From positions 260,648,001-260,712,000 of the forward strand of contig OZ024740.1 in assembly GCA_964016885.1 (NCBI GenBank): a stretch of 64,000 bases of DNA, written 5' to 3'. This document shows positions 38,027 through 50,947 of this stretch, piece after piece (position 1 is the first letter of the stretch; each line of letters starts with the position of its first letter). The notes under the pieces are model-generated. The model was not told the origin of the DNA. It saw only the letters and a program-made list of their open reading frames with translations, and did no database searches. The DNA comes from Eledone cirrhosa. Lineage: Eukaryota. The translations under genes were made by a program, and so were the position numbers.

Positions 38027-38893
38027 TGTAGTTCCTGTCTGTCTGTTTGTTTGTTCACAAACTCCTCCTATGGTTTTGGAGATAGACCCCCATAACCATA
38101 TATATTCTGAAACTACATTTCCCAGGGTACTTGGATAAGTATATTTCATTTTAATCAAAGGGTTCCTCGTGGGCACAAAGCCCCGCTGAAAATTTTTTCC
38201 CTTCGATTTATATGAAATTTAAACCATAGGTAAATGACAAGATATGATGCCTATTCACAAAATTTCAGCAAATTTCATTAATATTAAGACACCCTAATCG
38301 GGGTTAAATAAACCCCATATAGTGAAAATTTTGGAAGCCCATAACTTGAGTATTGGAACCTCTATCATCACAGGGTTTTTCTATTAATTAAATCAACAAT
38401 TCTATTAAGTAAATCAACAAAAAAAAGCACCTCTCTTTTATAGTAAAATTTGGCTAATTTAGACATCCCTTATGCCATGGAAAAGAAGATCCAGCTATGC
38501 AAATAATCCACATGCAAAAAGGATGAGGCTTCATCGTCAATCTGAAAGTAGTTATACAAGAGAAGAACGACTTTCTAGCCAAAGACAGAGGCAAACAGAG
38601 TCTCGGCAAAATGAAACCTTTGGTGAGCACCAAGAAAGACAGGAACAAGATAGATTTCGCCATATAGTTGCAAGAAGAAATGACTCTGAAGAAGAAAGAC
38701 AACAGCGTTTGATTGCTGATAGAAACATGTATCAAAATTTAAGACGTGAGATTCAAAATGCATTACATTTTACATTGAGTAGTATTGAAATGCAGAGTTT
38801 TTCTCCATAAATTATATCACTGATTTAAAATCAATCATCATTTTCTTACAAAAAAATGTGTGAAACGCAGCAAGGTGCGGGTAATTCGGCTAG
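38010..38893 (+). mobile_element. Non-autonomous Helitron
   Basis: 3' hairpin CGCAgcaaggTGCG then CTAG/T (38890-38893); ORF 38472-38810 with E(S/T)xxxRxxRL repeats typical of RepHel N-termini; another Helitron-like 5' end TCTTATACTATATAAAA at ~37497. Confidence 0.75.
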
Positions 38894-38919
38894 TATATAT
38901 ATATATATATATATATATA

Positions 38920-39337
38920 ATCCTCATCACCGTTTTACGTCCGTTCTTCCACGCTAGCATGGGTTAGACGGGTTGTCCTGTTGTGGGCAGTGTCTGGTCG
39001 GCTGACCTTGTCTTGCTCATACGGGAACTGATTCTGACTTGATTTCTACAGCTGGATACCCTTCCTAACACCAACCACATTACAGTGAGTGCTGGGTGCT
39101 TTTTTTTCCGTGGCACCTACACGTCCTCTTTACAGTGTGGGCTGGGTGCTTTTTTGCCACGACCACTTTGCAGTGGAATGATAGGGACCCCAATCCTATC
39201 ATCTCATTTCTACAGCTGAGTAAACTGGAGCAATGTGAAATAAAGTGTCTTGATCAAGGAAACAACACATCACCCGGTTCGAGAATTGAACTCACAACCT
39301 TCCGATAGCAAGCCTAATGCTCTAACCACTAAGCCAT
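38920..39337 (-). mobile_element. SINE family 1, full length, RTE-C-type tail
   Basis: Same head/CORE-like segment as 7135 but tail TTCTTCCACGCTAGCATGGGTTAGAC; a further partial SINE at 39380-39610. Confidence 0.88.
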
Positions 39338-39739
39338 ATATATATACACATGTGTGTATATGCACATACATTTATACATGTGTCATCATCATCATCGTTT
39401 AACGTCCATTTTCTCCGCTAGCATGGGTTAGATGTGCTGTCCCATTGTGAGACAACCAGGTTGGAGGACCATGTTTTGCTCACACAGAACTGATTTAGGC
39501 TTGGTTTCTATGGTTGGATGCCCTTCATAATAGAAACCAAATTTACAGTGTGTACTGGGCGCTTTTTATCGTGACACCTACATTATCACTATACAGTGTG
39601 TACTGGGCATTTAAAGGCATGGCTCCCGGATGACTGCTGTATTGTGTGGATTGAAACTGGGGGGGGGGTGCATGGGGGATTGGGGAGATAGGTATAGGGG
39701 TGGGGGTGAATACAAGAAGGGAAGGTGGTACATACTAGA

Positions 39740-39997
39740 GGTATACCTCAGCTCCTGCATATGGGAAGGTGAGTCTTCTGTATTACTGAATAGCGCCAGA
39801 GATCACAGTCCTGTGTCATTCATTGCCTTTGAGAGGTGCAATTGTGCAAGGTCAGCTTTTATCACCTCATCCAAAGTCTTCCTGGGTCTGCCCACTCCAT
39901 AACATCCATTGATTTTGAGCACTCTGCACCTTTTTATACAGCTGTCATCCTTCATATGCAACACATTTCCATACCATCACAATCTCCTCTCCTGCAC
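39740..39997 (-). mobile_element. RTE family C 3' fragment
   Basis: Similar to 13620-13835. Confidence 0.8.
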
Positions 39998-40064
39998 ACT
40001 GCATATATATACATATATATATATACATATATATTTATACATATGTGTATACATTTATATTTAT

Positions 40065-41230
40065 GTTCATCAAGGCTCTGTCCTTAGCCCACTCCTATTT
40101 ATTATTGCCCTTCAGGCTATAACAGAGGAGTTCAAGACTTGGCTGCCCATGGGAGTTTCTATACGCAGATGATATAACTCTCATAGCTGAATCTATGGCT
40201 GAACTAGAGAAGAAATCCCAAACATGGAAGCATGGCCTAGAATCAAAAGGCCTTAAAGTTAAATTGTCTATCACTAAAGTTCTAGTATGTAGAAAGGAAA
40301 ATAGGGCACAGGTACCCTCTGGGAAATGGCCATGCTCAGTGTAGGAAAGGAGTAGGCAGAAATTCCATTTTATGTCCCAAATGCAAACTATGGGTACATA
40401 AAAGATGTAGTGGGATCACAGATAAGCTATCTAAGAACGTAGATTTTATATGTGGCCGATGCTGAGGTGCAATAAGTAGCAAGTGCGCACTGGATACTAG
40501 CTCCTTCTATTGCCCAGATGGTTCTATAGAAATAGTGGACACTTTCTGTTACCTGGGTGACAAAATCAGCAGTGGTGGAGGGTGCTCTGAAAGTACAGTA
40601 GCCAGAGTCAGAACGGGATGGAAAAAGTTCAGAGAGCTTATACCACTATTGGCTACAAAAGGTTTCTCTCTAAAAAGGAAAGGCAGATTTATGATGTCTG
40701 TATACGAACAGCAATGCTACATGGCAGTGAGACATGGGCATTGTGTGCAGAGGATCTGCGCAGACTGGAGAGGAACGAAGCATCCATGCTCCGTTGGATG
40801 TATAATAGTAATATACGCGAACGGCAAAGCATAAATGAACTAAGTGAGAAATTGGGAATAAGAGGGATCAGATGCTGTTTACTCGAGAGAAGACTACGTT
40901 GGTATGGTCACGTGATGCGCATGAAAGACGATAGTTGTATAAAAAAGTGCAGGGTGATCAAAATTGATGGAAGTTATGGAGTGGGCAGACCCAGAAAAAC
41001 CTGGGATGATTTGATAAATTCCGACCTGTCACTGGACTGAGATCTTTGGCACTACGCAGTAATACAGAAGACCCGCCTTGCCTATGTACAAAGCGAAACC
41101 TATAGTCAGTAGGCACCTCTTAACCAAATATACACCCCATCTCATTACCCCTATTCCACCCACCCACCCCATTCCCACCAACACCACCCTTTCTCTGTAA
41201 AGTTATGTTGGTACCACAACATCCAGTCCT
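40065..41230 (+). mobile_element. RTE family C, 5'-truncated
   Basis: Highly similar to 31010-32170; ORFs 40535-40834 and 40618-41040. Confidence 0.93.
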
Positions 41231-41679
41231 AAATAAATGAGGTCGTGTAGGTGTCACGACAAAAAACACACAGTCCACGCTGTAATGTGGCCGTGTAGGT
41301 AACACAGTAAAAACCTCCCAGTTCCACACTGTAAACGTGGTTGGTGTTAGGAAGGGCATCCAGCCGTAGAAAACCTGTCAGACAGTCCTATATGAGCGAG
41401 ATAACCAATCTTGCCTCAAGATTGGTTGTCTCGCGCTCGGGGGGGGGGGGGGGGGGCACGCTGAACCCTTCTCACAGCAGCACACCAGTTTCAGAGCCAG
41501 TCATTCCCCACACGATGAACCTCTCTCAATATGGAATTACATTTTATTTCTGGAGCCCTGCACTGGATGACCACATTGAATCCCTCATGGGCTCGCCATT
41601 GGCCCTGATTGCGGTGTGGTGCTGGAATATACATATGTATATACATGTGTGTGTGTTTGTGTATATATATATATATATA

Positions 41680-41965
41680 CAGGTAAAGAGGCAGGCTGTG
41701 TGGTTACTGTAAACAATACGTGGACAGAGACTCAGATTTGCTGGCCACTGTTGGCGCAGCAAGGAAGAAATAGCAGGTGATGTGTTGTTATGGAGACCAT
41801 CTCATGGAGCAAGAAACGCTGGTCGTCCCAAGAAGACATACGTCAAGCAACTTGAGGACGATACTGGATGCACTGCGGAAGAACTGGCAAACGCTATGAG
41901 AGACAGAGATGGATGGAGGAAACGTGTCGTAGAAAGCCAAGCAAGCTCAACCTGATGATGATGAT
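41680..41965 (+). mobile_element. RTEX-like LINE 3' end
   Basis: Translation RLRFAGHCWRSKEEIAGDVLLWRPSHGARNAGRPKKTYVKQLEDDTG..MRDRDGWR, then (GAT)n tail. Confidence 0.8.
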
Positions 41966-42364
41966 GGTAATAGGGACGTAAACAAGAGAAGAAAAGTTTC
42001 CCTTCACCAGCTGTTTACTACGGAACATACTACGGAACATATTTAAACAGGACATCGATCTGCAGCACGCCCGAGGCCTTTTATCCATCAAAAGGCCATG
42101 AGGGAAAGAAATGATAGTTGAGAGAGAGGAAAGAAAGAAAAAAAGGGAAAGAGGAAAAAACGAAGTAAACATATCGAATAGAAGGGGGACCACAGGACAA
42201 TGGCATATATATATTGGAAAATGTGTGAAATCCTTGGTACAGTTAGGTATATTTTAAAAAAAGGAAAAGAATGACTTGACTTGTAGTTCTAAACAATTTG
42301 ATTTAATTTTATATTATTATGATTTTACAATTTGATTTTGTAGATCTAGTAACTAGTCAAGTCA

Positions 42365-42660
42365 TTCTGAGAGGGATAGATTGTAGTGTGCAAGAGAGGA
42401 GACTGCGGTGGTATGGACATGTGATGTGCATGGAGGATGACCGATGGGTCAAGAAGTGCCAGGAAATACCAGTTGAAGGAAGACGTGGTAGAGGTAGACC
42501 ATGAAAAACATGGGTGGAGGTGGTGAGAGAAGATCTCAAATCACTGAAGCTCACGGTGGAGATGACGAAGGACCGTGACAAGTGGAGAGATGCTGTGCTG
42601 AATAGGACCTGTCCCACCCTTGAAAGCAGGGAAAAGCGGACGTAAAATGATGATGATGAT
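42365..42660 (+). mobile_element. RTE family B 3' end with tail
   Basis: RRLRWYGHVMCMEDDRW; tail CCCACCCTTGAAAGCAGGGAAAAGCGGACGTAAAATGATGATG. Confidence 0.9.
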
Positions 42661-43229
42661 ATGAATATATTAAACTTCCAAATCCCTATTTGGAGTGATA
42701 TAAGCTGAACTGACTAAAATAAGTTGGTTTTACTCATACAGTTCCTCAACCATGATTTCTGTTATTCAAGAAACAACAATATTCCAAGACATTGGAATAA
42801 CCAATATTGGAAGAATTGCAATTCCGTCATCAGGTGAAGAATTCTTTGGAATAAGAGACATGGAACTTATATCATACATACTATGTCATTGCTAAACTGC
42901 ATGGTGTCCAACGAGAGATAGAGATAGAGAGAGAGAGAGAGATAATGTGGCAGTAATTGACATTTAAACCAGCTATATCTGGCCAGAATTCTCTCACCTC
43001 TTTCAGTTTAAACCGGCAGTAACTGGTCACTCACACTGATGTTAAGGTATTGTTTTCAAAATAAATAATATCAAAATCTCATAGATTTGATATTATGTGA
43101 GGTTAAGCCTTTACTGCAAAAATACAATAGTAAATATAGAGTAATGTAAATGCTAAAGGGTTAAATGAATTTATTTGCAACAAGAAATTATCGTACACAC
43201 AATTTTTTCCAAGTTTGTATTCCTTCATT

Positions 43230-44467
43230 GACTAAGCTTTCATAGACTCCAACAATTACAATGACCCCTGACATTCCCAAAAGAGCATATAGTTTCCACT
43301 TGAGGATGTTGCTTAATGAAGTTAGAGGCCCCAAAGGTTTATATGATCTTAAAATGAATGGCACTGTTTGTAACACATATCAAGAGGCTTGTATGCGGTA
43401 ACGTCTGTTGGAAGACGACCATCAATGGGATACAACACTTGCAGAGGTGTCTCTATCTTGGGCCACCAAAACTATTTGAAATTTGTTTGTAATTATATTT
43501 TAAAATTGTGTCATAGCCTATCCATCGATGCTTTGGCTGAAGTATAGTGACGGCATGTTCAAGGACATCAAACGACAAGCACAATTAAGAAACCTTAACA
43601 CAGATAAATGGACCTGCTCGCATTGATAGAACTAAAGGAATAAAATTGTGTGAGAAACTTCATTCAACTTAGAAGACCTCATCTATGTTAACGAAAACAA
43701 ACCAACACTACTAGATGATCAAAAAGCAGTATATAATATTATACTTGAGACAATTACACAACAGAATGGTTGCCTATTTTTTTTTTACCAATGCTCCGGG
43801 TGGAACTGGTAAAACCTTCTTGATAAACCTATTGTTGTCTAAAATTCGACTAGACCAAAAGATAGCTTTAGAGGTTGCCTCATCTAGAATTGCCAATACA
43901 CTTTTACCTGGTGATCGGACAGCTCATTCTGCTTTCAATTTGGACTTGGGCCTCAGTTTGAATGAAATGTCCGTGTATCATACAAGTATTGCAAAGATGT
44001 GTGGTAATTTTTGGGGATGAATGCACAATGGTACACAGTCATGCTTTGGAAGCCTTGGACAGAACACTGAAAGATATCCAGAACTGTACAACAATCATGA
44101 GAGGAATCACTGCCATTTTATCAGGGGACTTCCGATAAACTTTATCTGTGATATCAAAAGGGACTCACGCTGGTCAAGTTCAAGCTTGCCTAAAATCGCC
44201 AACTTTATGACCACGTATCACCAAACTCAATTTAAGAACCAGCATGTGGGCACAACTTCACGGTGACAGTGTTTTTGCAGAGTTTGCTTGAAAGCTTCTG
44301 AAACTTGATGAAGGAAAAATATCCCTTGGTACTGAAAGAGATTTTGATCCTTCATCAATTTGTACTGTTGTGGAAAGCACTGAAAACTTAATTAAACAAG
44401 TGTTCCCCAATTTCGAAAACCACCATTCCAACAAGGATCCCTGGGCAACACCAGGTGCCTCTGCTAG
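43230..44467 (+). mobile_element. Helitron remnant (RepHel with Pif1-family helicase), pseudogenised
   Basis: FHLRMLLNEVRGP..YQEAC..LLEDDHQW; Walker A NAPGGTGKTFL; ASSRIANTLLPGDRTAHS; SGDFR; 3' hairpin CCTGG..CCAGG plus CTAG/T at 44464-44467. Confidence 0.92.
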
Positions 44468-44469
44468 TA

Positions 44470-44526
<57 letters not shown>

Positions 44527-44529
<3 letters not shown>

Positions 44530-44870
44530 AGGCACATGGCTTAGTGGTTAGAGCATTGGCCTTGCAATCGAAAGGTTGTGAGTTCAATTCTCAGACCGGG
44601 TGATGTGTTGTTTCCTTGAGCAAGACACTTTATTTCACATTGCTCCAGTTTACTCAGCTGTAGAAATGAGATGATAGGGACTGGGGTCCCTATCATTCCA
44701 CTGTAAAGTGGTCGTGGAGGTGCCACGGCAAAAAAGCACCCAGCACTCACTGTAAATGAGGTTGGTGTTAGGAAGGGCATCCAGCTGTAGAAATCAAGCC
44801 AGGATCAGTTCCCGTCCCACCCTTGCAAGCAGGGAAAAGCGGACGTAAAATGAAATGATGATGATGATGA

Positions 44871-44873
<3 letters not shown>
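44527..44873 (+). mobile_element. SINE family 1, full length
   Basis: A-box TGGCTTAGTGG, B-box GAGTTCAATTC, TCCTTGAGCAAGACACTT, internal hairpin ATGATAGGGAC/GTCCCTATCAT, RTE-B tail; flanked by (TA)n. Confidence 0.92.
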
Positions 44874-44908
<35 letters not shown>

Positions 44909-44964
44909 CTCCAACACTATCATAATTTTTATGTCTGCTTTACTATATATTTTCGATATATATA

Positions 44965-45390
44965 CTGTGATAAATATGGAAACACAGTTCTACTATTCTA
45001 TACTATAAGTTATTAAATGACCATCATTATATACATTTCAGAGGCATCAGATGATAGTTACATAAGAATAATATAAATCCAATATGTCTTCATCAGACAA
45101 CCTGCAACCTAACTTTGTGAAATACTGTCTGATGATGATATGTTGGATTTATGTTCTTACATAACTATCCTCTAATGCCTCTGAAATATACATAATGGTC
45201 ATTAGTTCATAACTTGTAGTATGGAAAAGTAGATGTGTATCTCCATATTTATTAACATATCAATACTCCTTTGGGTACCAGTCTTTGTGATCCTAGATCT
45301 TACTTAGAAAGGTACAACTGATGTAGAGTGCTTGACCTGATTACACAGTTTGTTGATTGCAGTGATAAAATTCAACACTGACAATCAACT
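44965..45390. mobile_element. Fold-back element (~125 bp arms) with long-stem-II hammerhead at 45124-45199 (+)
   Basis: 44970-45098 is the reverse complement of 45126-45252; ACTGT-CTGATGA-[~45 nt stem II]-GAA-ATATACAT-A-ATGGT. Confidence 0.7.
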
Positions 45391-45402
45391 ATATATATAT
45401 AT

Positions 45403-48365
45403 GGGATAACAAGTTAGAGTACTCCGCGTCGTGGATAGTTTTAACGTACGGCTTTGTTTGACTCAACAAGATGTTTCCATAGTTATGCAGCAAGTTCGCA
45501 GTAATTTCTATGCAGGTTATACTTGGAGTAATAATAGTTAAAGAAAGAAGAGTAACATGGTTGGCTGTACAATAAAGGCTTTATTTAAAGTACTGACAAT
45601 TGTTTCGTTGATCAGGTGTGTCTAGAGTTCGCTAATCGCTTGAGGTTGCGTCAATCGATCTCCAATACATTGTTTACCACTGGTCAACACATCAGAGCAC
45701 GTAGATATGAAAATAGTTCACTCGAGGCAAGACTTATATAGAAAAGTAGCGTAACACCAAAACAATAACATCAATAATAGAGCGGCGTATAATTAAAACA
45801 ATAACATCAATAGTAAAACATGTATGGTAAATAGATAGAGAAGTTACAGATGTAAAAAAGTAAAATATAAGATAGGGTACATTAAAAATAATAATAAGAA
45901 GAAAATGAGGAAATCGAGAATACAAAGAAATAAAAGAGTGAGAGAGTGTACGTAGAATTAGATTTTAGTAGTTTTTGAGGAAGTGTCTTTTGGTGCTAAC
46001 ATGAAAAACCAGATTTGAGATGTAGATAAATTTGTGTGGAGGGTCCGATAAAAGAAAAGACAATAAATTAGAGATTAATTAATGTATACTATTTATGGGC
46101 TGACAGGGCGTTTGATAAACGTTTGTTGTAGATGTTTTGCTGGTTGTTCTATCTTAATGAGGTTGATGGAGAGAGGGTTGAAGAAGTGTACAGAGATTTA
46201 TGGTCCAGTGATCAGTTGGCAGTTTGATAGCTAATAGTGGTGCGATAGTGTGTATTCTATATGTTAAAATTTAGGCGGTTCAGTACTAATTTCGGGATTG
46301 CTGGTTCAAATCATGGTGGTTTGAAGTTCGTAAATCTAGTAGCTATTTTATGCCTACAGAAAATGGATCTTTCTATTTTGCTGTTAAGCAGCATCCTATC
46401 GTGCCTTAAAATATGTAGCAGTTCTAAATTACTGACCCCGCAGTGGGATATACCGTTGCTGTAGGCTCTTGCTGTCGATAATTTCGACCAGCAATTCTTA
46501 TATTCTAGGTTTTTGTCCTTAAGCTGCCAGATTTTATTGGCGAGTGTTGTAGAGTTCTTCAGTGCACGGTTCCTCATGGAGTGTCTGTGGACGTACCACC
46601 TTTTCTTAAACTCCCCAGCTGTGGAACCTATGTAGTGCCAAGTAGAGTTGCCTGAATTCACAGTACACAGGTATACCATGCTCGAATCCAGGCATCTATT
46701 CTGTAGTGGGCACTTATCTGGTAGGTGGCAATTACAATTTGAGGTTTTATTTTGTGCAGGTTAGTCGTTGCGTTTTTGTAAGTTGTTGGTGGGTTGTGAT
46801 TTAAGCCTATTAATGTTTTTGTTGTGATGCGTTCTGATGCATTTGTGGTTGTGATGTTGTTATGTGTTTGTGTTTTGTATCTGGTGCTATGGTGCGCGTT
46901 GGTAGGTTAATTTCCTTAGAGGTATTTTTGTGGTTGATCTTACGTATGTGCGATTCTATGTTGGCTGCAGTAGAGTATGAAAGTTTTATAGTTTTTCTTT
47001 TGAAGATTTTATGGTATTTGTGTAGTGTAGGGAAGTGTTTATCTATTAGTGTAAAGAATGTAGAGGGTAGTTTAGTTTTTATAAAGGAGATGAATATCAG
47101 ATTGAACCATAGGTATTTTCTTTCTCTGGTTCTTCTATAGTGTTTGGGGTTCCTATTATTAGTGTTCTGTTCAGTTATTCTTGGTGCTCGTTGTCTAATT
47201 CTATGTTTAGTCCTATGCTTGTTATTTCTGTATGAGCGGGTAGTGTTGATGTCATTAGGTTTGTTGTTGTCTCTGTCTAGTATGTATTGTAGCTTCTCCT
47301 TATGTAAAGCTATGTTATAATAGTTTGTGTGTTCATTAAGGATTTCTAGATTCGAAGATAGGCGGGATATTCTGAGGGATATACTATGTGCTATAGAGTT
47401 AATTATGGATCGGGGGTAGTTTGAGTTGTAACTAATGTAGGCTAGATTTTCGTTATTCTTATGGAAGGGCTCTATTAATCCTGTGTTTAGGCTGAGAGTT
47501 ACATCTAAGAAATTTGCTTTTTTAGAGTTAAGTTCGAAAGTGATACCTAGGCCTAGTTTTTTGAAGAATATTCTAATGTTTTTTTTTGTAATCTTTCCAT
47601 GTTCTGATTGTTTAAGTTTTTGGCTATAAGGAGCGTATCATCTCTATAAATTCCTCCTTGGAGGTTATTGAATTCTTTATGTAAGTTGTGCGCTATATAT
47701 ATTCCCATCACGTCCGTTATTTGCGCTGAGATGTTAGATCCCATTGTGATATCGAAGCTATTCTGTGTCTTTTCGTTCCCAGTAGTTATTTTCAAATTTA
47801 ATGATAGTCCTTCTAGCAGCTAGTATTATTTTAATTTCGTTTGAGGTAAGGTCTGAATTATTCTGGGCAAAGGTTAGCGCTTTACCCAGGGTGACTGGGG
47901 AAATGGATTAGTAGTCATTAATGTCGAATTGTATGAAGTTATAAGTTTCCCTATTGCTTATTTTGTTGAACCAGTCTATTGCTTCATTAGCTTAATTACT
48001 AGTTTGTCCTTAATTTGTGTGATGACTCTATCTAGAATATACTTGCTAATTCTACCAATATCCGACTTAGATGGGCATATTAATATAATTGTGGGGTCTG
48101 TTTCAAAATTATTTTTGTAATCCTTTAGGTTAAATGTGGGGTTACAAGGGGTTAGAAGCTCGGTTCTATCGGATATTTTCATTTTTTTTACTATGCTTAG
48201 TCCTTCCTTATTAATGTTGTGATGTGCCCGTTTTTTTAATTTAATTCCACCTATCATGTTCATGAGGTCAAGCTCGAAGGCACCTGATCAACGAAACAAT
48301 TGTCAGTACTTTAAATAAAGCCCTTATTGTACAGCCAACCATGTTACTCTTCTTTCTTTAACTAC
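45403..48365 (-). mobile_element. Penelope-like element: RT + GIY-YIG endonuclease, inverted partial pLTR, 5'-truncated and decayed
   Basis: GIY-YIG ORF 46311-46679 (VYLCTV..HYIGSTAGEFKKRWYVH); RT ORF 47553-47795 (TMGS, GIYRDD); 45536-45618 repeated inverted at 48281-48364. Confidence 0.92.
45590..45700 (-). ncRNA. Penelope pLTR type I hammerhead with extended stem II
   Basis: GTGCT-CTGATGT-GTTGACCAG..(~70 nt)..CTGATCAAC-GAAAC-AATT-GTC-AGTAC. Confidence 0.75.
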
Positions 48366-48389
48366 ATATATATATATATATATAGCCAA

Positions 48390-49330
48390 CTGAATAGCAT
48401 AAGCTTTACTGAAAAGGTGTAACAAGACCAAAACTTTCATTACTTTAAAGATCAGTTCCGTTTCAATCTGTATTGTTTATGTTGTTCAAACATTTTGATC
48501 AACCGATGTTAGTATCATCTCCTTTGTTTTTAGATTTTTAAACATCCATAGAGAAAGTTTTTATTCACTAATTGTTCAGATAATTTCAGTTGATCAATTT
48601 CTTTTCTACCAACTGTATTACACGTGTGAGGTTTTACTTTATGTGTATTTAATATACCAAACATATAAGCTACATTATTAATATTCTTAATTATTGTCAG
48701 AATATTCAATATTTCCTCTGTTTCTGTATATATTGATCATTCTTAGTTTTGCCAACTGAGTAGAATATGAATAGATTATGTGTGAAAAAATTCTCAACGA
48801 ATTGAAAGTTCCTTCTTAGTTGGAGAAATAAAACAAACACTTAGTGGTAATTGTTAGCAATGCTCAAGGAGAAGGGGAGATAATTTCAAGTTGAGACCAT
48901 TTTGCATTCCGTTTCTGAAGATTGTAATTTTTTTGTTGGTCTGCTGTAGTTGTTCCTTCTGTTTTATCCGCATTTCCATTTTTTCCATTGAATGATCAGA
49001 TTTTATTGAGACAGAATAATGAATTATCTCAAATATAAAAATACATCAAAGAAGAATGACATAATAAAAATATTTAATGAAAAATGCATAATAAAAGTAA
49101 TAAGACTACTTACCAATTTATTTCTGTTCTTGTTAATCAATTTTTTTTAAAAAGTAGGTATACTTTCAAAAATATAAACAAATGTCTAAATATTTCCTAT
49201 TTTTTAATTATAAAATTTTTACATACGGTAATTACCCCAAACCTGACCTTCGCCTTATAAGATGCACAGTGATTTTGAGGGTAACATTTTTGGAAAAAAG
49301 CACATCCTATATTCTGAAAAATACAGTAAT
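48390..49330 (-). mobile_element. Possible highly decayed pogo/Tigger-like DNA transposon
   Basis: Tigger-like end GAAAAATACAGTA at ~49328; faint AKWSQLE and NTDET-like motifs on the minus strand. Confidence 0.3.
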
Positions 49331-49751
49331 TTTGATAATATACATATCTACTCATCGTTTCTAAAAATAGATAATTTGTTTAAAATGTATTTTAGTGTTT
49401 ATATTTATCTAGAACATTCCATCGTAATTTCATGCAAAGATCTTTGTTCTGAACACCAACTAAATAATCAGTTAGTATGTGTGTCACATCAGTAAACATT
49501 TCAATACTACTAAATCCCTGCAAATTTTTTATTGCTTTCAAAATTATAGCTAATGTCTTTCATTAAATATGATAACAAAAAGGTTAAAACACCCAAGAAA
49601 TCTCCTATGAGATACAACCTTGTATAAGGCAAGCTAAGCCTACATAGATGTGTACTGTAACAACAACATAATAGAACAAGGGCCCCTATCATTAAATCAC
49701 ACAAGAAATCTCCTATATAAGGCTAGCTAAACCTACATAGATGTGATCTGT

Positions 49752-50105
49752 AAAGTCCATCAATGTGCGTGAACGACCAAGCATAGATGAGCTGAGAGAG
49801 AAATTGTATAAGAGGAATAAACTGTAGAGCACGGGAGAGAAAACTGCATTGGAATGGACATGTGATGTGCATGGAGGATGACTGCTGGGTAACGAAGTGC
49901 CAAGAAATCCCAGTGGAAGGAAGACACAGTAGAGGAAGACCACGAAAATCATGGGCAGAGGTGGTGAGAGCTGTCCTCAGATCGCTGAAACTCATAGAGG
50001 AAATGACAATGGACCTTGACAAATGGAGAGATGCTGTACTGAAAAGGACCCATCCCACTCTTGCAAACAAGGAAAAGCAGATGTAAAATAACGATGATGA
50101 TGATG
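49752..50105 (+). mobile_element. RTE family B 3' end
   Basis: ORF 49862-50086 GRHSRGRPRKSWAEVV..DKWRDAVLKRTHP, then (GAT)n. Confidence 0.88.
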
Positions 50106-50776
50106 ACATGTTACTAGTAATTTGTCTAACTGAAAACAGAATTTCCAGGTGTTAAATATAGTTTACAGCCAAAATATTCATAAAACCTTTTTGTTTTAAT
50201 TTTGTAATACTGTCTGAAAGAGATACATACAATACACCACTGCCACACAATTTGGAAACCTCTGATAGCAACCCCAGTCTTATCATATCCATATCTGATA
50301 ACAGGAGGTGGAATCTGAACTACAAATCACACACAGAACCATAACAAATACCACAAGGCATCCAATCCCACTTGACACTCAAACAATTCCATTAATCCAC
50401 TATTCCTGGACTGGTACTACATTCATCAATCCTGAAATGATAAAATGGCAAAGTTGATATCCTGTGGAGGCGGTGTTGGGTGAACCCAGAGCACAGAAAG
50501 ACATAACAAATAGCAATAGGTGTGTTTAATCTGATGTTGTAATGACTGTCAATCCATGGCCATCTCTTATGATGTCTTAAATCCTATCAACACAGCCAAG
50601 ATACACTGAAGATTACAAAACAGAAGTTTCAGAATTATGTCTGATTAGTTGGTATTTCAAAAGGGAACTTAGAAACAGTTGCTAACCACTGGGTTACTGT
50701 GACCTTTGGGGACATCTTTCACCCTGACCCATCATCTTATTTCATACATACATTTTCTCCCACATTCACAAACTCC

Positions 50777-50816
<40 letters not shown>

Positions 50817-50947
50817 CGCTCCCTTGTATTTTGCCACATTACATGTATTTTTAAATTTAACAGTTTTATGCTGTGTGGGGGTGTATGAGGTTGTTGGTTG
50901 TGGGGGAGGGTAGTCTACTTTAAGAAAGTAGTCCTCCTCTCATTTAC

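Noticed and set aside
38472-38810. Host coiled-coil protein gene
   Set aside because: Lies inside Helitron termini and resembles RepHel N-terminal repeats
39740-41230. Twin-priming inversion of RTE-C
   Set aside because: The minus and plus segments cover the same 3' region, so they are separate insertions
44529-44600. tRNA gene
   Set aside because: A/B boxes are present but it is the head of a multi-copy SINE, with no convincing acceptor stem
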